Source: an uncultured Prevotellaceae bacterium (GTDB lineage: Bacteria > Bacteroidota > Bacteroidia > Bacteroidales > Muribaculaceae). From it: a stretch of DNA of 64,000 nucleotides. This document shows, piece after piece, positions 10,687 through 21,687 of this stretch. Within the stretch, counting starts at the first letter, position 1. The number at the start of each line of letters is the position of its first letter. The notes under the pieces were generated by a model that searched no databases, was not told the origin of the DNA, and was given only the letters and a program-made list of their open reading frames with translations. The stretch spans positions 30,521 through 94,520 of the forward strand of contig CAMHMV010000006.1 of assembly GCA_946186345.1 (NCBI GenBank), in the 5' to 3' direction. The translations under genes and the position numbers were made by a program.

Positions 10687-10742
10687 TGTTCTTGTGAACT
10701 GGATATCCGATCTACATTAAACTATCACTTTAGACTTAATGC

Positions 10743-10790
10743 AAAAGCAACGCCCTCCAATCGGTTGAACTTCAATCGACTGGAGGGCGA
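10743..10790 (-). terminator. Intrinsic terminator after typA
   Basis: CGCCCTCCA...TGGAGGGCG stem with a T-rich tail on the minus strand. Confidence 0.7.
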
Positions 10791-10806
10791 TGTTTAATGT
10801 AATGGA

Positions 10807-12624
10807 TTAATCCTCGTCCTGACCGTTCTGCTTGGCGATGCGTTTGCGCTCAAGCTCGTCAAGGATGATTTTGCGCATGCGGATGTGGTTGGGTGTGATT
10901 TCCACATACTCATCGGCCTTGATGTACTCGAGGGCCTCCTCAAGACTGAAGACGATGGGCGGAACGATCTTCACCTTATCGTCGGCACCACTGGCACGCA
11001 TGTTGGTGAGTTTCTTGGACTTGGTGACGTTGATGACCAGGTCTTTCTCCTTGGTGTGCTCGCCGACGACCTGTCCGCCATAGACCTCCTCCTGCGGGAA
11101 GATGAAGAAGCGGCCACGGTCCTGCAGCTTGTCGATGGCGTAGGCATAGGCCGTACCGCCTTCCATGGCGACAAGCGAACCGTTGGTGCGGCGGGCGATT
11201 TCGCCCTTCCAGGGTTCGTAATCAAGGAAGCGGTGTGACATGATGGCCTCGCCGGCACTGGCGGTGAGCACATTGGTGCGCAGGCCGATGATACCGCGTG
11301 ACGGAATCTTGAACTGCAGGTGGATGCGGTCATTCTGGGTCTCCATCATGGTCATCTCACCCTTGCGGCGGGTGACCATGTCGATCATCTTGCTGGAATA
11401 CTCCTCGGGGACGTTGATGCTCAGTTCCTCAATGGGTTCGCACTTCACGCCGTCGATGGTCTTGATGATGACCTGGGGCTGACCCACCTGGAGCTCGTAG
11501 CCCTCGCGGCGCATCTCCTCGATGAGTACTGACAGGTGCAGCACGCCGCGTCCGAAGACGTTCCATGCGTCCTCATTCTCGGTGCGCTCGACACGCAGGG
11601 CCAGGTTCTTGTCCAACTCGCGCTGCAGGCGGTCCCAGATGTGGCGTGAGGTCACATACTTGCCGTCCTTGCCGAAGAAAGGCGAGTCGTTGATGCAGAA
11701 ACGCATCGACATCGTGGGCTCGTCAATGGCAATGCGGGGCAGTGCCTCAGGGTTGGTGGGCAGCGTGACGGTATCGCCAATCTCAAAGCCTTCCAGACCG
11801 ATGATGGCGCAGATGTCGCCGCTGCTGACGCTCTCGACATGCTGTTGTCCCATGCCCTCAAAGGTGCGCAGCTCCTTGATTTTCTGCTTGGAAACCTCAC
11901 CATCCTTCTTGCACAGGGCGACTTCCATGCCGTCCTTGAGGGTGCCACGGTGCACGCGTCCCACGGCGATACGTCCCACGTAGCTGCTGTAATCCAGCGA
12001 CGTGATGAGCATCTGGGCATCGCCCTCGATCATTTCGGGCTCGGGGATGTACTTGATGATGGCGTCGAGCACGGCGGTGATGTTGTCGGTGGGCTGCTGC
12101 CAGTCCTCGCTCATCCAGCCTTCCTTGGCCGAACCGAAGATGGTGGGGAAGTCGAGCTGGTCCTCGTTGGCGTCGAGGTTGCACATCAGGTCAAAGACCA
12201 TCTCCTGTACCTCGTCGGGGCGGCAGTTGGGCTTATCGACCTTGTTGATGACAACGATGGGCTTGAGGCCGAGCTGCAGGGCCTTCTGCAATACAAATCG
12301 CGTCTGGGGCATCGGACCCTCAAAGGCGTCCACCAGCAGCAGACAGCCGTCAGCCATGTTGAGCACGCGCTCTACCTCGCCGCCGAAGTCGCTGTGCCCC
12401 GGGGTGTCGATGATGTTGATCTTGTATCCCTTGTAGGAAATGGATACGTTTTTGGACAGGATGGTGATGCCACGCTCGCGTTCCAGATCGTTGCTGTCAA
12501 GGATCTGGGTACCCATGTTTTGGTTGTCGCGGAACAGGTTGCCTGCCGCTAACATCTTATCTACCAGAGTTGTTTTGCCATGATCGACGTGTGCGATGAT
12601 GGCCACGTTGCGGATGTTTTGCAT
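10807..12624 (-). CDS. typA: Translational GTPase TypA/BipA
   Basis: [30 protein letters not shown] and the BipA C-terminal domain. Confidence 0.98.
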   Translation of the reverse strand: MQNIRNVAIIAHVDHGKTTLVDKMLAAGNLFRDNQNMGTQILDSNDLERERGITILSKNVSISYKGYKINIIDTPGHSDFGGEVERVLNMADGCLLLVDAFEGPMPQTRFVLQKALQLGLKPIVVINKVDKPNCRPDEVQEMVFDLMCNLDANEDQLDFPTIFGSAKEGWMSEDWQQPTDNITAVLDAIIKYIPEPEMIEGDAQMLITSLDYSSYVGRIAVGRVHRGTLKDGMEVALCKKDGEVSKQKIKELRTFEGMGQQHVESVSSGDICAIIGLEGFEIGDTVTLPTNPEALPRIAIDEPTMSMRFCINDSPFFGKDGKYVTSRHIWDRLQRELDKNLALRVERTENEDAWNVFGRGVLHLSVLIEEMRREGYELQVGQPQVIIKTIDGVKCEPIEELSINVPEEYSSKMIDMVTRRKGEMTMMETQNDRIHLQFKIPSRGIIGLRTNVLTASAGEAIMSHRFLDYEPWKGEIARRTNGSLVAMEGGTAYAYAIDKLQDRGRFFIFPQEEVYGGQVVGEHTKEKDLVINVTKSKKLTNMRASGADDKVKIVPPIVFSLEEALEYIKADEYVEITPNHIRMRKIILDELERKRIAKQNGQDED

Positions 12625-12797
12625 ATTGCCTTGTTTGAATTTGGCAGCAAAGGTACAAAAAAGTTTTCAGTTGTCGGTTTTCGACTATCAGTTTTATTAT
12701 ATATATTGCGAAATATAAAAAATATTCCACGATGCGTTTGTTTTTATTCGGATTATTCTTTATATTTGCGGCGGATACGTTTAAATACCTAATTAAT

Positions 12798-14090
12798 ATG
12801 AAATCTTTACGAGTTTTACGGCCAATATTGTCGGCTTTCATCATTTGGATGGCGGCTGTTTCAGTGCGGGCAGGGGACGTCGCTCCTGCTCCCCATGGCG
12901 ATGCCGTTGACATCACTTTTTATGGCCAAACTTTGAGCATCGATAAGGTTAAATCTGTTGAGGTGAAATCGGTGTTCAACGCTGATGTTTCGACGGCTTG
13001 GAACAAATACAAGAAGCGTGACGTCGCTCCAGTATTGGAGTCACTGCGCTCATGGTCAACCAGTTTGGGCCTGAACGACTGGTTTGTCTTCCAGTTGGTC
13101 AGGAACTATGTCGATGCCCTCTTGGATAACAGTACGCCGATGGATCGCATGGTGCTGGAACATTACCTGCTGACGTGTATGGGATATGATGTGAGGCTGG
13201 CGCGCACCGAGCGTCAGCTGGTGCTGCTGGTGCCCTTTGAACAGGAGGTGTATGAACAGGACTTTGTGAAAGTCGAGGGCAAGGATTATTATTTGTACTA
13301 TGACGATTTGGATGCCAATCTGGATGAGCAGTCAGTGCTTTACCCGTGTGACCCCTCTAAAAAGGACCTGGGCAAGGGCCATACGCTGAGCCTGCTGTTT
13401 GACGGCGAGCCCTTGAAGTTGCGCTCGGGCAGTGACAGGTATTGCGAATATGACGACGGCAATCTGCATCTTGCCTGCACGGTCAATGAGGGCGTCATGG
13501 AGATGTTGCGCAACTATCCGATGATGGACCTCAGGTGCTATGTGACCTCGGTGGTCATGCCCCAGTTCCAGGACACAATCCTGGGGCAGATAAGACCGCA
13601 ACTTGAGGATTTGAGCCAGTGTGAGGCGGCCAACGCCCTGTTGCACTTCGTGCAGTATGTGTTTGACTATGAGAATGACAAGGATTTGCATGGTCACGAG
13701 AAGGTCTATTTTGTAGAGGAGAACTTCTACTATGACAAGAATGATTGCGAGGACCGCTCTATCCTCTACGCTTTTCTTGTGCGGTCGCTGCTGGATCTTG
13801 ACGTGCAGATTGTCCAATATCCGGGGCACGAGTGTACGGCAGTCCGTTTCACCGACTGCCACACCTATGGTAACGGTTATTACCTTGACGGAGAGTTCTA
13901 CCTCATCTGCGATCCGTCCTATGTCGGAGCGCCCATCGGCAGATGTATGCCCCAATACCGGTCGATGCGGCCCCAGGTCTATGTCATGAAGACCAGGACC
14001 TTGGGCGAGGCCTATCAGCCCCCTTTGTGTCCCAGTATCGCCGATATGATTACCGTCCCCGACCTGCCCAAGGTGCTCGTCGCACTATAA
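12798..14090 (+). CDS. Secreted protein with C-terminal transglutaminase/papain-like domain
   Basis: Signal peptide; DCEDRSIL...YPGHECTAV...ICDPSY as Cys-His-Asp triad; ATG 12798 follows a TATATTTG box. Confidence 0.7.
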   Translation: MKSLRVLRPILSAFIIWMAAVSVRAGDVAPAPHGDAVDITFYGQTLSIDKVKSVEVKSVFNADVSTAWNKYKKRDVAPVLESLRSWSTSLGLNDWFVFQLVRNYVDALLDNSTPMDRMVLEHYLLTCMGYDVRLARTERQLVLLVPFEQEVYEQDFVKVEGKDYYLYYDDLDANLDEQSVLYPCDPSKKDLGKGHTLSLLFDGEPLKLRSGSDRYCEYDDGNLHLACTVNEGVMEMLRNYPMMDLRCYVTSVVMPQFQDTILGQIRPQLEDLSQCEAANALLHFVQYVFDYENDKDLHGHEKVYFVEENFYYDKNDCEDRSILYAFLVRSLLDLDVQIVQYPGHECTAVRFTDCHTYGNGYYLDGEFYLICDPSYVGAPIGRCMPQYRSMRPQVYVMKTRTLGEAYQPPLCPSIADMITVPDLPKVLVAL

Positions 14091-14255
14091 AGGCATGAGG
14101 ATGTGCCGTCATTGACTTCTGTTTTATAATTCGGTCTAACGGCCGATGCCGCAGCCGTTTTTTCAGTTTTAAACCCCTCCCCGTTGCTGGATTGTGAGGA
14201 TTGTTGTACATTTGCTGTGTCAAAATCTAATGAACTTAATACTGTAAAAAGAAAA

Positions 14256-15011
14256 ATGAACAAGATTGCTTTAGTGACTGGCGCGACAAGTGGCATCGGA
14301 GAGGCCTGCGCGCGCAAATTGGCCCTCATCGGCTACAACATGATTATTGCAGGCCGCAAGGCCGATCGCCTGGATGCACTTGCCAGAGAGTTGTCTGCTC
14401 TGGGCGTCGGGGTGATTACACTTGAGTTTGACGTCAGGGACCGTGAAGCGGCTACTGCTGCCATCAAGAGCCTGCCCGAGGAGTGGCAAGAGATTGATGT
14501 CCTGGTCAACAATGCCGGTGGTGCATGGGGCCTGGAACCCGAGTATGAAGGTAACTACGAGGATTGGGACACCATGATTGACACCAACATCAAGGGTCTG
14601 TTGACGATGACTCGTCTCATCGTGCCCGGAATGGTAGAGCGTGACCGCGGTCATGTGGTGAACATCGGTAGTGTGGCCGGTGATGCTGCCTATGCTGGCG
14701 GTAACGTGTATTGTGCCACCAAGTCGGCTGTCAAGGCGCTGAGTGACGGTCTGCGCATCGACGTGGCCCATACCAGCGTGCGCGTGACCAACATCAAGCC
14801 CGGCCTGGTAGAAACCAACTTCTCGGTCATCCGTTTCCATGGCGACAAGGAGCGTGCCGATAAGGTTTATAAGGGCATCCAACCCCTCACGGGCAATGAC
14901 ATCGCCGAGTGCGTCGCTTTCGCCGTGAGTGCCCCGCCTCATGTTCAGGTCGCTGAACTGCTCGTCCTCGCTACCCACCAGGCCAGCGGTAGCGTAATCC
15001 ACCGCGAGTAA
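14256..15011 (+). CDS. Short-chain dehydrogenase/reductase (YdfG-like)
   Basis: TGATSGIG, NNAG, YCATK motifs. Confidence 0.92.
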   Translation: MNKIALVTGATSGIGEACARKLALIGYNMIIAGRKADRLDALARELSALGVGVITLEFDVRDREAATAAIKSLPEEWQEIDVLVNNAGGAWGLEPEYEGNYEDWDTMIDTNIKGLLTMTRLIVPGMVERDRGHVVNIGSVAGDAAYAGGNVYCATKSAVKALSDGLRIDVAHTSVRVTNIKPGLVETNFSVIRFHGDKERADKVYKGIQPLTGNDIAECVAFAVSAPPHVQVAELLVLATHQASGSVIHRE

Positions 15012-15030
15012 TCATCCTGTAATAGAGTAT

Positions 15031-15090
15031 AGAGAAAAGATAATAGTTGGTTGACAGCGTCGCTGAAAACCAACTATTATCTTTTTCTCT
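15031..15090. terminator. Bidirectional terminator between convergent SDR and MFS genes
   Basis: AGAGAAAAGATAATAGTTGGTT...AACCAACTATTATCTTTTTCTCT long inverted repeat. Confidence 0.75.
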
Positions 15091-15105
15091 GTTAACAAAT
15101 AACCG

Positions 15106-16509
15106 TTATGCGATGTTGGGGCTCTCGAGGCCGTAGTGGCGCTTGCGATCGAGCCACAGCAGTAAGGAAGAGGTGGCGATGGCACCCACGCCAATCACGC
15201 CGAAGATGAGCAGTGATTGGGTGTAGTCCACCTGTTCACCGATGGTGTTACGCTCCAGCACCTTGCCGATGAGCACGGGGATGAGCATCAGGCCGATGTT
15301 CTGGATGTAATAGATGATGGAGTAGGAGGTTCCCAGCTGCTTCATCGGTACAATCTTGGGCACGGCGGGCCACAGGGCGGCGGGCAGCAGCGAGAAGGCG
15401 ATGCCCAGCACGCACATCAGCGTCACGGCAATCCAGCTGGAATTGAGCGGCATGGCAAACACAAACAGGGTGATCGTGAGCAGCACGCTGCCGATGACCA
15501 TCATCGTGGCACCGCGGCCCTTGTTGTCAAACCATGCACCGAACAACGGCGTCAGCACGATGCTGGTGTAGGGGAGGATAGAGGGGATGGCACCTGCCAA
15601 TTCGGCCTCGACACCATACTTGGAAATCATGAGTTTGGTGGCGAAGTCCAAGAAGGGGTAGAGTGCCGAGTAGTAGAACATGCACAACAGTGTGATGAGC
15701 CAGAAGCCTGGATTTTTGATAGTGATTTTCATGTCCGAGAAGTGGAACTTCTCGTCATCTTGAGACGCAAGATTTTGCGTCTCTACATTGTCGCTTTCGG
15801 TATTTTGAGCGGCGAGTTTTTGCGTCTCGGCATCGAGGCGGCGGTCCATCGTGCAGTAGTAGATGTAGGCGATGAGACCTACGCCCACGCAGAACAGACC
15901 GATGAGTAACGGACGGGGCAAACCCCAGTTCAAGGCGATGGGCAGGCTGAAGTTGAGCGCCAACGCTGTGCCCAGGCGTGCCATCGAAACCTGCAGGCCC
16001 ATAGCGAGCGCCATCTCCTTGCCCGAGAACCAACGCACGACGACCTTGGATACCGTGATACCGCACATCTCATAGCCGATGCCGAAGAAGGCAAATCCCA
16101 ATGCAGCCAACGCCACTTGGCGCTTGATGATACCCAGCAGGGGCACATTCCACATGGGGTCAGGCGATGTATAGGTGATGACACCATAGACAGCGGCTGC
16201 ACCGCCCAGCATCAGTACACACGAGAGGATGCCCGTGAAGCGCACACCCATCTTGTCGAGGATGATTCCGCCCACAAACAGCATCAGCAGGAACACGTTG
16301 AAGAAGCCGCGCGACCCGGCAAAGATACCGAACTCGCCGCTGGTCCAGCCCACACCACCGTCCTGGGTGGCCTTCTCGAGCATGAATTGCAGCGGGGACA
16401 TCTCCTTGGCGACAACATAGCCCGCCATCATCGTGAACGACACTATCGCCAGCACGGTCCACCGTGCCCACGCCTTGGTCGCAATCGTGTTTCTTATCTC
16501 GTCTCTCAT
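15106..16509 (-). CDS. MFS transporter (paralogue of the upstream MFS)
   Basis: About 12 hydrophobic segments; GIILDKMGVRFT motif shared with 16601..18226. Confidence 0.92.
   Translation of the reverse strand: MRDEIRNTIATKAWARWTVLAIVSFTMMAGYVVAKEMSPLQFMLEKATQDGGVGWTSGEFGIFAGSRGFFNVFLLMLFVGGIILDKMGVRFTGILSCVLMLGGAAAVYGVITYTSPDPMWNVPLLGIIKRQVALAALGFAFFGIGYEMCGITVSKVVVRWFSGKEMALAMGLQVSMARLGTALALNFSLPIALNWGLPRPLLIGLFCVGVGLIAYIYYCTMDRRLDAETQKLAAQNTESDNVETQNLASQDDEKFHFSDMKITIKNPGFWLITLLCMFYYSALYPFLDFATKLMISKYGVEAELAGAIPSILPYTSIVLTPLFGAWFDNKGRGATMMVIGSVLLTITLFVFAMPLNSSWIAVTLMCVLGIAFSLLPAALWPAVPKIVPMKQLGTSYSIIYYIQNIGLMLIPVLIGKVLERNTIGEQVDYTQSLLIFGVIGVGAIATSSLLLWLDRKRHYGLESPNIA
15762..15786 (-). repeat. 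GTAG-REP copy inside the MFS coding sequence
   Basis: GAGACGCAAGATTTTGCGTCTCTAC, 24/25 identical to 10662-10686; translated as VETQNLAS. Confidence 0.8.
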
Positions 16510-16600
16510 GTGTTTCAGTTTAAATAAATAGGGACCTTAAAGTCTGTAATGTCCTTAAGGTCCCTAAAGTCCTTATTAATTTCTAATAGCTGACGACTGA

Positions 16601-18226
16601 TTAAGCCTCAGGCTTGATGTTGGGCTCCTCGAGGCCGAGGTGCTTCTTCTTGTCAACCACCTTGAGGTACAGACCGAACAGCAGAGCAAGAATACCGAGG
16701 CTGGCAAAGATTACCATGGGCCAAGTGTAGTCATACTTCGTCGGGTCGGTAACACCGGGGTTGGAGTTGTCGAGAACCATACCGATGAGCATCGGGAAGA
16801 GCCACAGACCGATGTTCTGGATCCAGAAAATCAGTGCGTAAGCGCTACCGATGATTTTGGCATCCACCAGCTTGGGAACGCTGGGCCACAAGGCAGCGGG
16901 AACGAGCGAGAACGACGAACCCAGCACCAGAATGGTGATGTAAGCCATGATGAAGCCAGCAGCCGTGCTACCCTTGAACAGCGGCAGAACGTAAGCGAAG
17001 GTCAAGTGGCAGATGATGAGCAGCAGCGAGCCGAGCACGAGCATCGAGGCAGCTTTACCCTTGTGGTCAACATAGTTGCCCAGGATGGGGGTGATACCCA
17101 CAGCCAGCAAGGGGAATACAGCGAAGACGCTCTCGGCGCTCTGGCGCATGTAACCCATGTAGCAGTAGCAGATAAGGGCGGCTATCGAAACGATAAGCAG
17201 GCCGTACTTGGCACTCTTGTTCTTCATGAAGTTGCTCATGAAGGCGGTGGCTGCTACGATGAGCATCACGATATACTGATAGATAGTCAGACTCTCATTG
17301 GCCCAGAACGAGTTGGGGTCAACCTCGGTGAACGTAAGGTTGCACTGCAACATGTTAACGGCATATTTCTGGAAGGGGAAGATGGCGCTGTAATAGAGTA
17401 CGCACAGCAACGATACAATCCAGAAACCCTTGTTGGTCAAAATCTTGCCAATGTCGCTCACCTTGAACGGGTCGTCCTTCTCCTCGGCCTCGCCGGTCTG
17501 CTTGTCAAGCTTACTGTCCATGAAGAAGTAAACGATGAACATGATCAAGGCGATGCACATCAGAACAACACCGAAGGCAACCGAGCGCGAAACGCTAACC
17601 TGACCGCCCAAGCGTGCGAAGAAGGGCGAGAAGATCATACAGGTGGCAACACCCAGACGGGCCAGTGCCATCTCGCTACCCATGGCCAGTGCCATCTCGC
17701 GGCCCTTGAACCACTTCACGATACCACGGCTTACCGTGATACCTGCCATCTCAACACCGCAACCGAAGATCATGAAGCCGCAAGCTGCCAATTTAGCCGA
17801 TGCGGGCATCCCGTCGGCGAACGGCAGAATGTCGAACCAGGGGGCGATGGGCTTCCAGTTCAGGTGCTCGGTGAACCAGGTCTCCAAACCGGTTCCGATG
17901 AACGCATCACTAACGGCATACCACTTGATGATGGCACCGATGAGCATTACAGCACCCGAAAGAACTGCCGTGAAGCGCACACCCATCTTGTCGAGGATGA
18001 TACCTGCAAAAATCAGGAAGAATACCCATACATTGAGGAATACCTCACTGCCTTGCATTCTACCGAAAGAAGTGGAATCCCATCCGCGAGTTGTTTCCAT
18101 CAAGTCCTTGATGGGCGACAGGATATCCATGAAAATGTAACTGCAGAACATACCCAAAGCGAGTAAGAGCAGCGCCGTCCAGCGCATTCCTGCAGAGTCT
18201 CTTAAAGTCTGAATCTTTTCTGACAT
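16601..18226 (-). CDS. MFS transporter
   Basis: Multiple TM helices; GIILDKMGVRF; LWPSVPKLV. Confidence 0.92.
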   Translation of the reverse strand: MSEKIQTLRDSAGMRWTALLLLALGMFCSYIFMDILSPIKDLMETTRGWDSTSFGRMQGSEVFLNVWVFFLIFAGIILDKMGVRFTAVLSGAVMLIGAIIKWYAVSDAFIGTGLETWFTEHLNWKPIAPWFDILPFADGMPASAKLAACGFMIFGCGVEMAGITVSRGIVKWFKGREMALAMGSEMALARLGVATCMIFSPFFARLGGQVSVSRSVAFGVVLMCIALIMFIVYFFMDSKLDKQTGEAEEKDDPFKVSDIGKILTNKGFWIVSLLCVLYYSAIFPFQKYAVNMLQCNLTFTEVDPNSFWANESLTIYQYIVMLIVAATAFMSNFMKNKSAKYGLLIVSIAALICYCYMGYMRQSAESVFAVFPLLAVGITPILGNYVDHKGKAASMLVLGSLLLIICHLTFAYVLPLFKGSTAAGFIMAYITILVLGSSFSLVPAALWPSVPKLVDAKIIGSAYALIFWIQNIGLWLFPMLIGMVLDNSNPGVTDPTKYDYTWPMVIFASLGILALLFGLYLKVVDKKKHLGLEEPNIKPEA

Positions 18227-18358
18227 AAAATTAATTCTGTTTTTAAAATTGTTTGTTATTTGGTTTATTAATTAATGGTTCCGTTGAATAGGCTTTGGAC
18301 CAGAGCATAGGGAAGCGGATGCCACCTAATGCCTAAAACCTAATGCCTAACGCCTAAA

Positions 18359-20116
18359 TCACGCGATGCCCAGTGACTCGCAGATGCGGTCCATCTTAGC
18401 ATCGGCCCACTCGTTCTTGGCGTCATAGTTCTCGGGTTTGTCGAGCTTGTCATGCACCTCCATATAGAACTTGATTTTGGGCTCGGTGCCTGAGGGACGG
18501 ATAGATACCTTGGTGCCGTCCTCGGTGAAGTACTGCAGCACGTTGCTGGTCGTGGGCATGTCGAGCTTGGTGACCTCGCCGGTGAGCATGTTGCGCTGCT
18601 CGAGCTTCTGGTAGTCCTTCACGATGGTTACGGGCGAGCCGTCGATTTCCTTCTGCGGGTTCTCGCGGAAGTTCACCATCATCTGGGCAATCTCGTCGGC
18701 ACCGCTCTTGCCGGGGCGTACGACGCTGATGCCGCGCTCCTTGCTGTAGCCGTAGTTGACATAGCAGTTGATGAACAGGTCGTTGAGCGTCATGCCCTTG
18801 TCCTTGGCCCATGCTGCAATCTCGCACATCAGGGGGATGGACGATACGGCATCCTTGTCGCGGGCGAAGGTCTCGGGCAGGAAGCCGTAGCTCTCCTCGC
18901 CACCACCCAGGTAGCGTCCCTTGCCTGCTGCTTCCATCTCGCGCATCACAGTGGCAATCCACTTGAAGCCGGTGTAGCAGTCAAACATCTTGATGTTCTG
19001 CTTCTTGGCGATGCGTGCGATGGTCTCGCTGGTCACGATGGTCTTGACGATGTACTCGTCGCCCTTGAGCAGACCCAGTTCGCGGCTGCGCTCTATCAGG
19101 TAGTAGTGGAACAGAATCTGGATCTGGTTACCGTTCACCAGCTCATATTTGCCCTTGGTGTTCTTGATGACCAAGCTGATGCGGTCGGCATCGGGGTCGC
19201 TGGCAAGGGCCAGGTCGGCCTGAACTTCTTCGGCCTTGGCAACTGCCATCTCCATTGCGCTGGGCATCTCGGGGTTGGGTGAGTCGACAGTGGGGAAGTC
19301 GCCGCTCATCACGTCCTGCTCGGGAATGTGGATGATGTTGTCAAATCCCCAGCGCTCGATAGAACGAGGAATGATATAGCGTCCCACGCCATGGATGGGG
19401 GTATAGACGATCTTCAGGTCGTGGTATTTCTTGTTGATCTCGGGGCTGAGCGAGAGGGTGTAGATGTCCTCGATGTAGGGACCGTCAACGTCTTCGCCGA
19501 TGATCTGGATCAGGTCGGGGTTGCCCTCAAACTTGATGTCGCGCACGTCCTCGATGGCATTAACGTGGTTGATGATATTCACGTCGTGCGGGGAGATCAC
19601 CTGTGCACCGTCGTCCCAATAGGCTTTGTAGCCGTTGTAAATCTTGGGGTTGTGAGACGCCGTGATGTTCACACCGCTCTGGCAACCCAGACGGCGGATG
19701 GCATAGCTGACTTCCGGAGTGGGACGGGGACCCTCAAACAGATAGACCTTGATGCCATTGGCGCTGAAGATGTTGGCGACCGTCTCGGCAAACAGGCGGC
19801 TGTTGTTGCGCACGTCATGGCCAACGACTACCGAAATCTGAGGCAGGTCCTTGAAAACCTCCTTCAGGTAGTTGGCAAGACCCTGTGTGGCGCTGCCCAC
19901 GGTGTAGATGTTCATGCGGTTGCAACCAGGACCCATGATGCCGCGCAATCCACCGGTGCCAAACTCAAGAATCTTGTAGAATGATTCTACAAGCTCGGTC
20001 TTGTCCTCGTTGTCAAGCATAGCCTGCACTTGGGCACGGGTCTGCTCGTCATAACTGTCACTGAGCCACGTCTTGGCCTTTGCTGTCACTTCCTGTAATA
20101 ATTTTTCGTCAAACAT
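18359..20116 (-). CDS. pgm: Phosphoglucomutase / phospho-sugar mutase
   Basis: FGTGGLRG, TASHNP (phosphoserine), DPDADR, GEES, RPSGTEPKIK. Confidence 0.95.
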   Translation of the reverse strand: MFDEKLLQEVTAKAKTWLSDSYDEQTRAQVQAMLDNEDKTELVESFYKILEFGTGGLRGIMGPGCNRMNIYTVGSATQGLANYLKEVFKDLPQISVVVGHDVRNNSRLFAETVANIFSANGIKVYLFEGPRPTPEVSYAIRRLGCQSGVNITASHNPKIYNGYKAYWDDGAQVISPHDVNIINHVNAIEDVRDIKFEGNPDLIQIIGEDVDGPYIEDIYTLSLSPEINKKYHDLKIVYTPIHGVGRYIIPRSIERWGFDNIIHIPEQDVMSGDFPTVDSPNPEMPSAMEMAVAKAEEVQADLALASDPDADRISLVIKNTKGKYELVNGNQIQILFHYYLIERSRELGLLKGDEYIVKTIVTSETIARIAKKQNIKMFDCYTGFKWIATVMREMEAAGKGRYLGGGEESYGFLPETFARDKDAVSSIPLMCEIAAWAKDKGMTLNDLFINCYVNYGYSKERGISVVRPGKSGADEIAQMMVNFRENPQKEIDGSPVTIVKDYQKLEQRNMLTGEVTKLDMPTTSNVLQYFTEDGTKVSIRPSGTEPKIKFYMEVHDKLDKPENYDAKNEWADAKMDRICESLGIA

Positions 20117-20200
20117 ACTTGGTTCGGTTTATTAGGTTATTGTTGTTGGTTGTTTTTCTCTTCAAACTGACAAAGTTAGTGCAAAATCTCCAATCGCGCA

Positions 20201-20238
20201 AATAAAAACCCACTTTTTGCAAAAAGTGGGTTTTTATT
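20201..20238. terminator. Perfect 38-bp palindrome, probable terminator after the DUF362 gene
   Basis: AATAAAAACCCACTTTTTGCAAAAAGTGGGTTTTTATT equals its own reverse complement. Confidence 0.65.
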
Positions 20239-20260
20239 GTGTAAATAGATGTGTTGTTCG

Positions 20261-21352
20261 TTACTTCTCTTGCACGAAGGGTTTCAGTCCTTTAGCCGCT
20301 TCCTTGGCGGTGATGCGCTTGCCGCCGTTGTCCAAGTCGATGAGGATATAGCGGTCGTGGCCCATGCCCAGCTCCTTCATGTAAGACAGCTGGCGCAGGC
20401 CGTGGCGGCTCTCGATGCGCTCCAGCATGTCGTGGTGTTCCTCTTCGGTCATGGCGTAGATGATATCGATGCAGGCCTGATCGATGGCGAGCAGGTCGGT
20501 CGAGGACAGGATGCCGACGTTGGGCGTGACTACTGGTTCGGCTTCCAGACCCTCGCAGTCACAGGACACCGACATGTTACGCATCACGTTGACATAGGTC
20601 ACGTGCTGCCCGAAGTAGTCGATACTTGCCTTGGTCGATTCGGTCATGCGTTCCATGAATTCCTCCTCCTTGATGTCCCACTGGTCGTCCTGGCCCGGGG
20701 TGGTGTGAATCCATGCCTTGCCGATACGGCCGTCGGCACAGCCGATGCCGATGTTCTTGTTAGAGCCGCCAAAGCCGCCCTGGGTGTGGCCCTTGAAGTG
20801 TGTCAGCGCCACCATAGAGTCGTAATTCTTGATGTGGCTGCCCATCGACATCTTGTCAAACCACTTGCCGCCCACAACGGGCAGCGTCACGGTGTCCTCC
20901 TCGTCCAGGATGTCCACGGGGCAGAAGGTCCAGCCGTTCACCTCCAGGGTCTTGCGGTGCAGCTCGGTCGTGTAGCGGTCGCCCTCGTAGTAGGTGTTGG
21001 TCTCGATGATGTGAGCACCCTTCAAGTCCTTTTCAATCAGGGCCTTTACCCACTCTCTCGGGATGATGTTGGGTCCATGTTGCTCGCCCGTGTGCAGCTT
21101 CACTGCCACGCGGCCCTCGATCATCTTGTTGACCTGCTCATAGGCCATAATCAGTCCCTCGGCACTCAGGTTGCGGGTGAAATAGACCACTGCTTCGTCG
21201 CCGGTGCGTTGGTCATAGGGGACATACTTGTTGCCGTCAACGCCGGCTACGGGTTTCTGTTCCATGTTGTCGTCGTTTTGTTGTGATGTTGTGGTGCAGC
21301 TGGCCATCAGGAGAGCGATGAGCAGTGCAGTGAATACATGATTGAAATTCAT
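20261..21352 (-). CDS. DUF362 domain (Fe-S-associated) lipoprotein
   Basis: Lipobox MASC; VAVKLHTGE, HFKGH..GFGGSNKNIGIGC, SCDC. Confidence 0.8.
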   Translation of the reverse strand: MNFNHVFTALLIALLMASCTTTSQQNDDNMEQKPVAGVDGNKYVPYDQRTGDEAVVYFTRNLSAEGLIMAYEQVNKMIEGRVAVKLHTGEQHGPNIIPREWVKALIEKDLKGAHIIETNTYYEGDRYTTELHRKTLEVNGWTFCPVDILDEEDTVTLPVVGGKWFDKMSMGSHIKNYDSMVALTHFKGHTQGGFGGSNKNIGIGCADGRIGKAWIHTTPGQDDQWDIKEEEFMERMTESTKASIDYFGQHVTYVNVMRNMSVSCDCEGLEAEPVVTPNVGILSSTDLLAIDQACIDIIYAMTEEEHHDMLERIESRHGLRQLSYMKELGMGHDRYILIDLDNGGKRITAKEAAKGLKPFVQEK

Positions 21353-21425
21353 AACAGTTGCGATTTGAGAGTTATCCTCGGCAAAAGTAGTATAAATAAA
21401 CTGATTATCAAAATAAAAGGAGGAT

Positions 21426-21482
21426 AAAAAAAGGGCCTCGTCTCACGACGAAGCTGCCTTGTTAGGAAAAAAGTATCATATT
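21426..21482 (-). ncRNA. Candidate ~55-nt small RNA
   Basis: TACTTTTG box at 21487-21494 (minus) followed within 60 nt by a GCTTCGTC-GTGA-GACGAGGC hairpin and T7 tail; the DUF362 gene has its own box at ~21382-21389. Confidence 0.5.
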
Positions 21483-21687
21483 GCTGCAAAAGTAATAACG
21501 TTGGTCGGAATGTGCAAATTTTTTGTGTTTTTTTTAACCTTTTGATGGCAAAATCACCGATATTGATTGATGATTTAAGCCTTTTTGGTGGGCTGCAGTC
21601 TGAAAAGTTTTCTTTTTGTTACCATTATCTAATGTTTTATTTATAACTTTGCCGCGGCAGAAAAACAGATTAATATTACGATAGACA

